Below, one piece after another: positions 25,685-33,242 of a stretch of 40,569 nt of DNA. The notes below the pieces were generated by a model that had not been told where the DNA came from, did not search any database, and was given only the letters and a program-made list of their open reading frames with translations. A program made the translations under genes and the position numbers. Origin of the DNA: a virus; IMG/VR virus record IMGVR_UViG_3300045988_053499, positions 1 to 40,569 of that record; one strand, 5' to 3'. Position 1 is the stretch's first letter. The number at the start of each line of letters is the position of its first letter.

Positions 25685-25796
25685 TGGTTGGCGCACATCC
25701 TGTCAGGAAAGCTACACCTTGGCAAGGATTCTAAGGCCTTTTCTCGGCACGGGAGGTTACACGTGCGGCCTTTCGGGTTGTCTAGTCCATGCGCCA
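25685..25796 (-). ncRNA. 112-nt structured RNA closed by an acceptor-like helix and ending in ACCA
   Basis: Perfect 7-bp helix TGGCGCA/TGCGCCA, then A-CCA. Starts 2 nt after the CCA of the upstream tRNA-like gene. Inner hairpins AAGGCC/GGCCTT and GCACG/CGTGC. Confidence 0.4.
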
Positions 25797-25798
25797 TA

Positions 25799-25875
25799 TG
25801 GTGTTCCGGGATGGATTTGAACCAACTACTTGCTGCTTCAATAGGCTGCTGCTCTACCAGTTGAGCTACCGGAAC
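25799..25875 (-). tRNA. tRNA-like gene, anticodon arm not foldable (identity undetermined or pseudo-tRNA)
   Basis: Acceptor GTTCCGG/CCGGAAC. D arm GCTC-AACTGGTA-GAGC. T arm GTTGG-TTCAAAT-CCATC. ACCA end. Both halves of the expected anticodon stem read GCAGC. Confidence 0.5.
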
Positions 25876-26075
25876 ATAGAAGCAGCCCGCGAAACGAGAG
25901 GAAGAAAAATGCCTGTCAAGCCTTTGGAGGAAAGCATTTTGGGGGGATTCGTTTCGGAGACTGCGTGGCAAGCGGCGCTCCGCTATGCGCGGTTCCGCTT
26001 ATAGGAAGCATACCATATACGTCTTTCAATCGCAATGTATGTGGCATACTTACATAGTATTAGCAAGGTGTAATG

Positions 26076-26573
26076 TCAGCACGTATCAAATTTGTCCCAA
26101 ATGCGTGCCAGAAATTTTGCACCTTCTCTGACGTACAGAGATACTCTGTTTTCTTCTGGCAAAAGCAGCGATTTTGCAATTTTAGCTTGCTTTTGTCCTT
26201 CGATGTAATATCCGTAAAGGCAGTCTTGCATCATTTTGCTGCTTTTTGTTTTTGAGATATAGCTGATTCTGTGAATTGCTTCAGCCTGCAAAGACTTTTT
26301 TTGCAGTTCCAGTGTTTTAAGCCTACGTTCTTCTACGTCTTTCTTTTCTGCGTAGCTTCCGACTTTGTCCCCGTAACCAGAGCCGCCGGGCATACCGCTT
26401 AGATTTGCCGTGCATCCAGTTGCATCATCTTTTAAACGCTTTATCGCAATCTGTACGCTCACAATCTCTGCGTCAATGTCACGTAGCTGCTGGAACCACG
26501 CCTTTACCTCGTGATAGTCCACATCGGTGCAGGTCTTTGGGTGTTCGCTTTCAGGTGTCCATGTGCGTGTCAT
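26076..26573 (-). CDS. Putative late-gene transcriptional regulator (DUF1492 / sigma region-4-like)
   Basis: 165-aa ORF, the last early gene before the packaging module. C-terminal HTH-like segment YYIEGQKQAKIAKSL..VSLYVREGAKFL. Confidence 0.5.
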   Translation of the reverse strand: MTRTWTPESEHPKTCTDVDYHEVKAWFQQLRDIDAEIVSVQIAIKRLKDDATGCTANLSGMPGGSGYGDKVGSYAEKKDVEERRLKTLELQKKSLQAEAIHRISYISKTKSSKMMQDCLYGYYIEGQKQAKIAKSLLLPEENRVSLYVREGAKFLARIWDKFDTC

Positions 26574-26943
26574 TTGCGTGCCTCCTGTAGTAGTTCATAT
26601 CGACGGTCTGCCCGCAACAACGGCAGTACGCAACAGGTTTGTTGTCATCGACGTACTGGTTAAGCGCGTTGCATTCCGGGCAGTTCCACGACCCGGAAGG
26701 AGCATTGTCTGTGTATGGCCATCGAACGCGGTTTTTCAAAAACATTGTTTCAATGTCTTTTCTGTTTTGCGAATAGTACAAAACATCTGTTGGTTCAACT
26801 TTACATCTAACGCATATTTCCCTGAATTTTTCATCCCATATCTCGATACACAGTTCGGTCAGAATGCCCAAGAGAAAAATCATAATTCCGAACCCTCCAA
26901 CATAGCAGAGTGTTGCACCGATAACAAGAAAAACTTGGTTCAT
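26551..26943 (-). CDS. Membrane-anchored zinc-ribbon protein
   Basis: ATG at 26943. TM segment FLVIGATLCYVGGFGIMIFLLGIL. Motifs CPEC..CRCC. Confidence 0.6.
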   Translation of the reverse strand: MNQVFLVIGATLCYVGGFGIMIFLLGILTELCIEIWDEKFREICVRCKVEPTDVLYYSQNRKDIETMFLKNRVRWPYTDNAPSGSWNCPECNALNQYVDDNKPVAYCRCCGQTVDMNYYRRHANDTHMDT

Positions 26944-26944
26944 G

Positions 26945-27316
26945 TTATTTCTCCATTTCCTCAATCCAGATCTCCACTCTGGGGTTTTGCTTGTCATAGT
27001 CCACCCGGCTTCCGTCGTGGGCGGCAACGATGCGGCTGTTGTCGTCCTCCAACACCCGAACTTTCACCAGTATGTCGCAGGTCGCTTCTATCAGGTTGGC
27101 AAGGTCTACCTTGCGCCGGGTAGCCATGTAGTACACGCACCGCACGTTCACGCGGGCAGAGATGGGCTCAGGCGGGGCGCGTATCTGCCACAGGCAAGAG
27201 GTCTGGTATTCCTCAAACGCCGCGCTTGGGGCTACAAAGTGCCGTCCTCCGCGCCCTTGCAGGATGCGCGCACTGTTTTTCTTTGTGCGTGGGTCGCCGT
27301 AGAGGATAATTTTCAT
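26945..27316 (-). CDS. rusA: RusA-family Holliday junction resolvase
   Basis: MKIILYGDPRTKKN..VDLANLIEATCDILVKVRVLEDDNSRIV matches the RusA pattern. ATGA coupling at the start. Confidence 0.75.
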   Translation of the reverse strand: MKIILYGDPRTKKNSARILQGRGGRHFVAPSAAFEEYQTSCLWQIRAPPEPISARVNVRCVYYMATRRKVDLANLIEATCDILVKVRVLEDDNSRIVAAHDGSRVDYDKQNPRVEIWIEEMEK

Positions 27317-27507
27317 TCGTAATCCTCCATGTAGCACCAGCTCTGGGCGTCCTGGGCTGCTGCCGTCTGGGTGTTTTCCACAACACAAACAAGCTGCTCC
27401 AACTCGTTTTCCATGTCCGGGTTATACCATCCGCCCAAGATTTCCGGGGCAAGGTCGCGGATTCTCTGAATAACGTCCTCCGCATAGATCATACGTTTAT
27501 CGCTCAT
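27313..27507 (-). CDS. Hypothetical protein
   Basis: 64 aa from the ATG at 27507, which overlaps the upstream stop (ATGA). Confidence 0.55.
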   Translation of the reverse strand: MSDKRMIYAEDVIQRIRDLAPEILGGWYNPDMENELEQLVCVVENTQTAAAQDAQSWCYMEDYE

Positions 27508-27992
27508 TTTTTTATCATCCCTTCCATTGCCAGCTGCTCGCACTGCTTTTCATCTTCCCGGCGCTGCTGGTCATCCTCAAACAGCAGATCTGCGTACTCT
27601 CCGCCCACCCGGCGGATGGCTGTCTCCAGCATCTCCGTCACAAGGTCGGTGTACTTGTCCGAGCCCTTGCGGCTGTTCTTTGCAGCTTCCCGGGCTTCCC
27701 ACAAGTCGGTGAGTTTGTCCCGCCTGTCAGCCGTGATCTCGCCATAGCCGTAGGCGTCCTGAATCTGCTCCATGCTTTCCCAGCCTTCCAGCTCTGCAAA
27801 TGGATCCGCTTCAGCTTTTGCCATGCTGCGGGCTTTGGTCTTTTTCTTGACATACCGGGTCAGGCCATCCTGAATCACGGCGCGGGCATCGTCCATTGCC
27901 TTGCGGACGGCCTTGGCTTCCCGTTCTTTTTTGAGCTGATCCGGCTGGTTTGCCCATTCTTTCATCAGCTCTGATTTAGTTTTCGGCTTCAT
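27504..27992 (-). CDS. Hypothetical charged protein
   Basis: ATG at 27992 lies 6 nt after GGAGG. Confidence 0.6.
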   Translation of the reverse strand: MKPKTKSELMKEWANQPDQLKKEREAKAVRKAMDDARAVIQDGLTRYVKKKTKARSMAKAEADPFAELEGWESMEQIQDAYGYGEITADRRDKLTDLWEAREAAKNSRKGSDKYTDLVTEMLETAIRRVGGEYADLLFEDDQQRREDEKQCEQLAMEGMIKK

Positions 27993-28197
27993 GTTCTTCC
28001 TCCGTTTTGACAGCTTCACGAATGTCCAGCTTGCTAAGAGCCAGATCCAAATACCACAACTTCCAATTTACAAACAAACTCCGGTTTACAATTTTCCCCA
28101 TAAAGAAGATTCGTTCCTGCTCCATCAGATGATCGAGCGAAACGATATACTGTCCGGGCTTGTACTTCTTTGTCTGAGCCGTCTGTACCGTTTTCAT
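27976..28197 (-). CDS. Hypothetical protein
   Basis: 73-aa ORF with GGGGGT upstream of the ATG. Confidence 0.55.
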   Translation of the reverse strand: MKTVQTAQTKKYKPGQYIVSLDHLMEQERIFFMGKIVNRSLFVNWKLWYLDLALSKLDIREAVKTEEEHEAEN

Positions 28198-28200
28198 TTT

Positions 28201-28851
28201 TTACCCCCATTGTTCGGACATTGCCTTTGCCACGCCCGGAAACGTCTTTGCGCGGTTCCTTGCACGGTCAGTGGTAAATATTCCCTTGTGCTGCTCGCCA
28301 TGCTTGTGCGAGTAGGAACCAGACGGGCACCATGTCGCGGTAGGTTCTACGATGTTTGTCGGGTGCAGCGGCGGTACACCGCGCTCCCACAATAGCGTTT
28401 TCTTACTGTACGGATGTCCGTACTCGTAGGGCTGGATTGCCTGCGTAGGCTTTGGGTAATCAAAAATCTTGCTGGGGGTTGGATTCTCAATCACCACTTT
28501 TTCGCAATCTGCCGCCCACACGGCAAGAAAAAGCGCCTTGCCGCACAATCCCTCATAATACCGGGAAAGATTGAGCTTTCCTCCCTTGTACAGGTGTCTT
28601 GCTCCCGCGTTGCTCGTCTTTGTGCATGGGACAAATGCGATAATCATATCCCAGCGGGGCACATCATGCGCGATTCCGTCCATGGTCACGACCTGCCCCC
28701 CCTCAATAGCCTTTAGGCAGTCACCGAGAATATGCCACTCAGGATGCCCGCCGGACGGCTCAATCAGGTCGCAAGAGTAGGCTTCGTGACCTTTTGCGCG
28801 AAACGCTTTGCACACTTCTTGCGATTCCTCACAGGCAACTAAAACTTTCAT
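28201..28851 (-). CDS. Phage C5-cytosine-methyltransferase-like protein (PCT and ENP motifs, no FxGxG)
   Basis: MKVLVACEESQ..GHEAYSCD..FVPCTKTS..IENPTPS..TFPGVAKAMSEQWG matches a prophage family often annotated as DNA cytosine methyltransferase. Confidence 0.6.
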   Translation of the reverse strand: MKVLVACEESQEVCKAFRAKGHEAYSCDLIEPSGGHPEWHILGDCLKAIEGGQVVTMDGIAHDVPRWDMIIAFVPCTKTSNAGARHLYKGGKLNLSRYYEGLCGKALFLAVWAADCEKVVIENPTPSKIFDYPKPTQAIQPYEYGHPYSKKTLLWERGVPPLHPTNIVEPTATWCPSGSYSHKHGEQHKGIFTTDRARNRAKTFPGVAKAMSEQWG

Positions 28852-29063
28852 TTGTCTCCTCCGTTTTCGCCCAAATACTTTTTCTTGCCCTTCTCCCTGT
28901 GCTTGTCCTCGTAGTTGTAGCGGTAGACCCTGCCGGATACGGTCATCTGCCGGTTATAGTCCGTCTCTTTGGCGTGTTCTTTGCGCCAAGCGGCAAACTG
29001 CGGACAGTGGTCGTGACAGGCAGGGTACCGGGCAGGGCAGTCTTTGCAGCATGGATTTGTCAA
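28848..29063 (-). CDS. Small Cys-rich protein
   Basis: 71-aa ORF. CCKDCPARYPACHDHC. Overlaps neighbours at both ends by 4 nt. Confidence 0.55.
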   Translation of the reverse strand: MTNPCCKDCPARYPACHDHCPQFAAWRKEHAKETDYNRQMTVSGRVYRYNYEDKHREKGKKKYLGENGGDK

Positions 29064-29908
29064 GTGTTATCTGCCCCTTTCTTGTTTTTCCGCAGTCGTT
29101 CCCGGCTGTGCGCCATGCGCTCCGGGCTTAAAATATCATTTCCGGACGGCTCTGCTCTGTCCACGCGTGTGCATTTTGCCCGGCTGCCGCCGATAGGGCA
29201 GAGCTGGTTATACTCCGCAACGGTCTTGCAGCCAAGTCCTTCAGCTTCTTCCAGCGCCTTGCGGACATACGCCCAGCTGCCGCCGCCCAGATCCACACAC
29301 TTGTCCATGACCGCGTACACAAGATCCGCGCCCATGCGCTCTATGTAGCCGGTCAGCTCTTTTTCTCCAGTCTTGCTCAGATTGCTGACATTCTCCCGAA
29401 AAAAATCCACTAGAGATTTCGTCGTCCTCGTCCCTGTATAGGAGGAGTCATCTTTAGATGACGACGACTTATCTATATCTAATATCTTATCTCTAATATC
29501 TGTATGGACATTTTTGTGGACGTCTGTGTGGACATCCTGTGGACATTGTCCACAGTGTTCTGCATTAATTTGACGCTGGTTCGTTCTTTGCAACTTTTTT
29601 TGTGCTGCATAATCGGTTTCGCTTCCGACCATTTCCGAGTGGTTTGCAAGCACCAACGTTCCGTCTTTTTCCTGATAAATCAGCCCAAGTTTCGCGTAAA
29701 GTCCCAGCGCGACACGCACCGTATCGGTAGAAAACCACTTAGTATCGCGCTGAATCTTGTCCACGTCATACGGAATGATCACTTCACCGATCTGCCGCGA
29801 AAGCCTGCCGTTTGTGTTGATAGTCATAAGGCAGAGCATCTGGTACAGAACCACATAGTTTGCGCCGTTTTTCTGACCCATGAGAAAATCCACCGCGTCG
29901 GACCGCAT
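29060..29908 (-). CDS. Replisome organizer N-domain plus DnaD-like C-domain (conserved N-terminus extends to 29956 without a canonical start)
   Basis: In frame upstream of the ATG at 29908 the sequence reads T-A-T-G-K-R-Y-Y-W-L-K-L-K-D-S-F. ACG at 29956 sits 6 nt after GGAGGTGA. C-terminal DnaD-like segment L.GYIERMGADLVYAVMDKC..SWAYVRKAL. Confidence 0.75.
   Translation of the reverse strand: MRSDAVDFLMGQKNGANYVVLYQMLCLMTINTNGRLSRQIGEVIIPYDVDKIQRDTKWFSTDTVRVALGLYAKLGLIYQEKDGTLVLANHSEMVGSETDYAAQKKLQRTNQRQINAEHCGQCPQDVHTDVHKNVHTDIRDKILDIDKSSSSKDDSSYTGTRTTKSLVDFFRENVSNLSKTGEKELTGYIERMGADLVYAVMDKCVDLGGGSWAYVRKALEEAEGLGCKTVAEYNQLCPIGGSRAKCTRVDRAEPSGNDILSPERMAHSRERLRKNKKGADNT
29468..29553. promoter_or_regulatory. 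Candidate replication origin: AT-rich tract plus phased (G/A)TGGAC(A) iterons
   Basis: Copies at 29504, 29516, 29528 and 29539 (11-12 bp phasing). Inverted TGTCCAC at 29547. Adjacent TATCT-rich tract. Lies inside the organizer gene. Confidence 0.5.
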
Positions 29909-30014
29909 GAAGCTGTCTTTGAGCTTTAGCCAGTAGTATCTTTTCCCTGTAGCCGTATGATTTCACCTCCTTCCGCACACCCGTATAGCCAGATAGCACA
30001 GCTCTTGAGATGTG

Positions 30015-31070
30015 TCAGTCTTTGCTTACGTCAACCCCGGTGATTTCCTTGAAAATCGCCGCGTCGAAGTTCGGCAAACTGAGGATAACGTTTCGATCAT
30101 CGGCACTAAGCCCCGCCCACCACTTCCGGGCGTTGTCCGCTGTGGTGCGCTCCTTCAAATAACCGCCAGTCGTTTCAGCTTCAGGGTGCGCTGCCTTTTC
30201 TTCATCGGTCATATCAGGCAGATAAACGTATTCAAGCTGGCAATCGTCAATATCGTTCAGCAAACGCCGGGCACGGCAGTTAAACCACCGCCCAAACGTC
30301 CAGTCGGTAGGCTTGTTGAACATATAGATTTTGGGCGATACCGTATTGAAACAGCCATTGGAAAAGGATGTAGCGTTCCAGTCGCCGCTGTTCCTGTTGC
30401 CGCTGTTCCAGTCGCCGCTGTTCCTGTTGCCGCTGTTCCTGTTGCCGCTGTTCCTGTTGCCGCTGTTCCTGTTGCCGCTGTTCCTGTTGCCGCTGTTGCA
30501 GTCGCCGCTGTTGCAGTTGCCGCTGTTGCAGTCGCCGCTGTTGCAGTCGCCGCTGTTCCTGTTGCCGCTGTTGCAGTCGCCGCTGTTCCTGTTGCCGCTG
30601 TTGCAGTTGCCGCTGTTGCAGTTGCCGCTGTTCCTGTTGCCGCTGTTGCAGTCGCCGCTGTTCCTGTTGCCGCTGTTGCAGTTGCCGCTGTTCCTGTTGC
30701 CGCTGTTGCAGTTGCCGCTGTTGCAGTTGCCGCTGTTCCTGTTGCCGCTGTTGCAACGTCCAGTACAAGCCTTTCCCGTGTTCACGATGTCAAGGACTTC
30801 AGCCCAAGGGATTTCCCGCACAATTTCCAGCTTGTTCGTTGCACACTTATCCTCACCTTCTGCAACCGTACCGTGGGCGATCACTTCAGCGACGTGGTTG
30901 TTCGGGTCAAAATCATAGTAACGGAAACAGTCGGCAGCATTCTTGCAGAAGTGCATACCCACATTGCAGACAGACGGACTTACAAATTCTTCAAAGATTC
31001 CCGGGCAAGAATACTGTTTTCCGCGACACGTCCAATCAGAATTAAAAACTTTATATCCTTTTACGCTCAT
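30015..31070 (-). CDS. Protein with a DUF7666-like N-domain and 25 tandem NSG(N/D)(R/C/W) five-residue repeats
   Basis: 351-aa ORF with AAGGAGGAG RBS. N-terminus KGYKVFNSDWTCRGKQY..GMHFC. Central repeat array encoded by 15-bp units. Confidence 0.8.
   Translation of the reverse strand: MSVKGYKVFNSDWTCRGKQYSCPGIFEEFVSPSVCNVGMHFCKNAADCFRYYDFDPNNHVAEVIAHGTVAEGEDKCATNKLEIVREIPWAEVLDIVNTGKACTGRCNSGNRNSGNCNSGNCNSGNRNSGNCNSGNRNSGDCNSGNRNSGNCNSGNCNSGNRNSGDCNSGNRNSGDCNSGDCNSGNCNSGDCNSGNRNSGNRNSGNRNSGNRNSGNRNSGDWNSGNRNSGDWNATSFSNGCFNTVSPKIYMFNKPTDWTFGRWFNCRARRLLNDIDDCQLEYVYLPDMTDEEKAAHPEAETTGGYLKERTTADNARKWWAGLSADDRNVILSLPNFDAAIFKEITGVDVSKD
30378..30752. repeat. 25 x 15-bp perfect-register tandem repeat (coding)
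   Basis: Units (CCA/CCT/GCA)GT(C/T)GCCGCTGTT. Only four unit variants occur. Confidence 0.95.
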
Positions 31071-31087
31071 TGTTTATCTCCTCCTTT

Positions 31088-31561
31088 TCAGAACGGCAGG
31101 TCGTCGGTGTCGTTTATCACGGAAAAATCGTCCATGCTGCCCTGCGTGTAGGCGGGCTGCGGGGCGTTCTGCGCGGCTTTTGCCTGCTGCACATGATTCC
31201 TCGTCTGCTGCTCGTAGGACGCGGCAGTGGGCTTATCTGCCGTCTTTGCGCCTGCAAAGCTGATATTGTCTGCCACAACTTCCACAGCGGTGCGGTTGTT
31301 TCCGTTCTTGTCCTGATAATTCCGGGTCTGCAGGCTGCCGTCAATGGCGATCATGCTGCCCTTCTGGAAGAACTTGCAGATAAATTCGGCGGTCTTGCCC
31401 CATGCCACGATATCCACAAAATCAGCCTGACGCTGCTGGCCCTTCGGGGTATAGCTGCGCTCGCAGGCAATGCGGAAGGTGCACACGTTGGTTCCCTGCT
31501 GGGTGGTGCGGAGTTCCGGGTCTGCCACAAGGCGACCCATGATTGCTACTACGTTAAGCAT
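31088..31561 (-). CDS. ssb: Single-stranded DNA-binding protein
   Basis: MLNVVAIMGRLVADPELR OB-fold N-terminus and a C-terminal DDLPF tail. Confidence 0.92.
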   Translation of the reverse strand: MLNVVAIMGRLVADPELRTTQQGTNVCTFRIACERSYTPKGQQRQADFVDIVAWGKTAEFICKFFQKGSMIAIDGSLQTRNYQDKNGNNRTAVEVVADNISFAGAKTADKPTAASYEQQTRNHVQQAKAAQNAPQPAYTQGSMDDFSVINDTDDLPF

Positions 31562-32234
31562 GTTCTAATCCTTTCTCTTCTTTTGGTTGCTTCTGGGCAC
31601 AATCCCAACACAACAAACGTCCATACTTTTCTTTTGTGGTTTTTGCAATATGCGTGTTGGAGACGCGCTTGCCTTTATACATGGCATCTTGTATCGGCTT
31701 GCCACAACAAGCACACATTAAGATCATCGGCGTGTTGTCCAGCGCTGCCTGTACTTCTGGGTCACGCTTTGGTGCTGCAGGTACGCTCTCTGACCGCGCA
31801 CTGTACTTTGTCGGGTCTGCCCCCCAGTAAACATCTGCGCCCACGCCAAGTGCCTTGCACGCCACGCTCTGGGCGTCTGTGTAGGCTTTTTTGTAGGCGT
31901 CATCGTCTGTGCGCAAACCGCCCTGCTCCCTTGCGATCAGCAGCGATCCACCAACGCCGGGAATCGGTGCGCTCCATGGCTTTTCCTCGCCCTGCCGGAT
32001 GTAAAGGCTGGTGAAGCAATGCACTACGACCTCACCGTTTGCGCCCTGCTTTTCATCAAATACGGGCGGGTCAAACTTCCATCCCACCCCGGCAGCACCG
32101 AACAGCTCTGTCAGCTTCTTGATACGCCACATAGGGTTGATATCGCTTTTGCCCTTCAGGCGGCCGGCAGCGATTTTTCGTAGGGCTTCCGGTGGGGCTT
32201 TTCTTGCGCTGTTGTAGATTTCCATTTTATCCAT
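31554..32234 (-). CDS. Rad52-like single-strand annealing protein with a C-terminal zinc ribbon
   Basis: DINPMWRIKKLTELFGAAGVGWKF motif. Directly upstream of ssb. CACCG..CWDC. ATG at 32234 lies 9 nt after GGAGGTGG. Confidence 0.6.
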   Translation of the reverse strand: MDKMEIYNSARKAPPEALRKIAAGRLKGKSDINPMWRIKKLTELFGAAGVGWKFDPPVFDEKQGANGEVVVHCFTSLYIRQGEEKPWSAPIPGVGGSLLIAREQGGLRTDDDAYKKAYTDAQSVACKALGVGADVYWGADPTKYSARSESVPAAPKRDPEVQAALDNTPMILMCACCGKPIQDAMYKGKRVSNTHIAKTTKEKYGRLLCWDCAQKQPKEEKGLEHA

Positions 32235-32640
32235 GTTTGTATGCCACCTCCGGGCATCCGTGCGCGCGGCACCGGCTTTGCAGCGATAGGTGCTGTACGT
32301 TGTATGCGGCATCTGCCCCAATAGCAAGGTCTTTTGCAGTAGTGAACAGGCTGGACTGCGTAAGGATCACTTCCAGCGCATACATTGCCTTGCCGAGTGC
32401 CTCTGCGGCATTCTTGCAGGCAAGCGCACGGTCGGTAGGGATCGTTCCCATATAGACGCAATCCGGGTTGTTTTTCGTCCACGCAAGGTCACCGGCAACC
32501 GCTTTTTGCACTTTGCCAAGTGTGGAAACCGCCTCGCCAATGTCTGCGAGTGCTCCCAGCGTGAGACCTAGCTGCCACTCCGGCACGTTGCTTGCATAGT
32601 TCAAGCAGATCTGTTTTTTTTCATCACAATGCATAAACAT
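32227..32640 (-). CDS. Hypothetical protein
   Basis: 137-aa ORF packed between neighbouring genes. Confidence 0.6.
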   Translation of the reverse strand: MFMHCDEKKQICLNYASNVPEWQLGLTLGALADIGEAVSTLGKVQKAVAGDLAWTKNNPDCVYMGTIPTDRALACKNAAEALGKAMYALEVILTQSSLFTTAKDLAIGADAAYNVQHLSLQSRCRAHGCPEVAYKHG

Positions 32641-32805
32641 TCACCTCGCGTAAACCTTGCTGCGGTGCTCGTCAAGTACAACATAAATCCTTGCCGGGGT
32701 TTCCTTTGCAAGGTCGTCCGCGTACTGCACACCCTCTAGCGTGGTGCGCACCGGGATCTCGTTCACGAACCGGCGCTCTGCATCATAAATCTGTACCGTG
32801 CACAT
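32641..32805 (-). CDS. Hypothetical small protein
   Basis: ATG at 32805 lies after AGGAGGTGA. 54 aa. Confidence 0.5.
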   Translation of the reverse strand: MCTVQIYDAERRFVNEIPVRTTLEGVQYADDLAKETPARIYVVLDEHRSKVYAR

Positions 32806-32954
32806 ACGCTCACCTCCTGTTGTTGTGGCGCCAGCCAAGGGCGATGTACCCAAGGTTTGCGCACAGAACGATAAAAATTAAGGTTTTCACGCTTTACCTC
32901 ATTGCGGTTTTCCGCATATTGTGGTATTTTTGTGGTGATGGGCGGCGAGACTCA

Positions 32955-33242
32955 TCACCCTTTTGGCTTGTCCGTGCTGGCGCACGGGCAGGCCCTTCTT
33001 TTTTTGCGGCGTATCAACGGCAGACTGTCCACCTCGTCGCGCTTTATGACTTCTTGAAAAAAGGAATACTTGTGCGGATTTCTCTTTTTCTTGCGGCAAT
33101 GATAAACCGATGATGCAAAACTGTTTGCGCTTTTATAGCCGAGCCGCCGGGCGCACATATCAGATGTGCCGGATGCAAGCAGATTGCCAGTTTTTGCATC
33201 GTACACGGTGTACCACATGACATGGTGAACAGTGTCAGGCAT
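32955..33242 (-). CDS. Hypothetical basic protein
   Basis: ATG at 33242 overlaps the upstream gene by 8 nt. 95 aa. Confidence 0.5.
   Translation of the reverse strand: MPDTVHHVMWYTVYDAKTGNLLASGTSDMCARRLGYKSANSFASSVYHCRKKKRNPHKYSFFQEVIKRDEVDSLPLIRRKKRRACPCASTDKPKG

Noticed and set aside
25609-25971. 120-aa - strand ORF (and the 73- to 147-aa ORFs) across 25397..25971.
   Set aside because: They run through the tRNA and tRNA-like genes and terminators. They have no SD, and their sequence is dictated by RNA structure elements.
25423-25983. An 11-bp inverted repeat, GGAGCGCCGCT, flanking the tRNA array (25423..25433 on + and about 25973..25983 on -).
   Set aside because: It is a short GC-rich match that could easily arise by chance in a genome of this GC content. 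Nothing else supports it as a mobile-element boundary.
30378-30752. Possible CRISPR array, because of many short identical repeats.
   Set aside because: The units are contiguous 15-mers with no spacers and lie in frame inside a coding gene. There are no cas genes.
30012-31151. 379-aa + strand ORF, and the 162-aa and 195-aa ORFs with AVPVAAV / QQRQLQ / LPLFLL repeats.
   Set aside because: These are alternative-frame readings of the 15-bp repeat array. Only the - strand frame has an SD, recognisable flanking domains and operon context.
32810-32890. 26-aa hydrophobic peptide ORF (GTG start after GAGGT) in the 32806..32954 gap.
   Set aside because: It is plausible but too short to support from sequence alone, so it is not listed as a feature.
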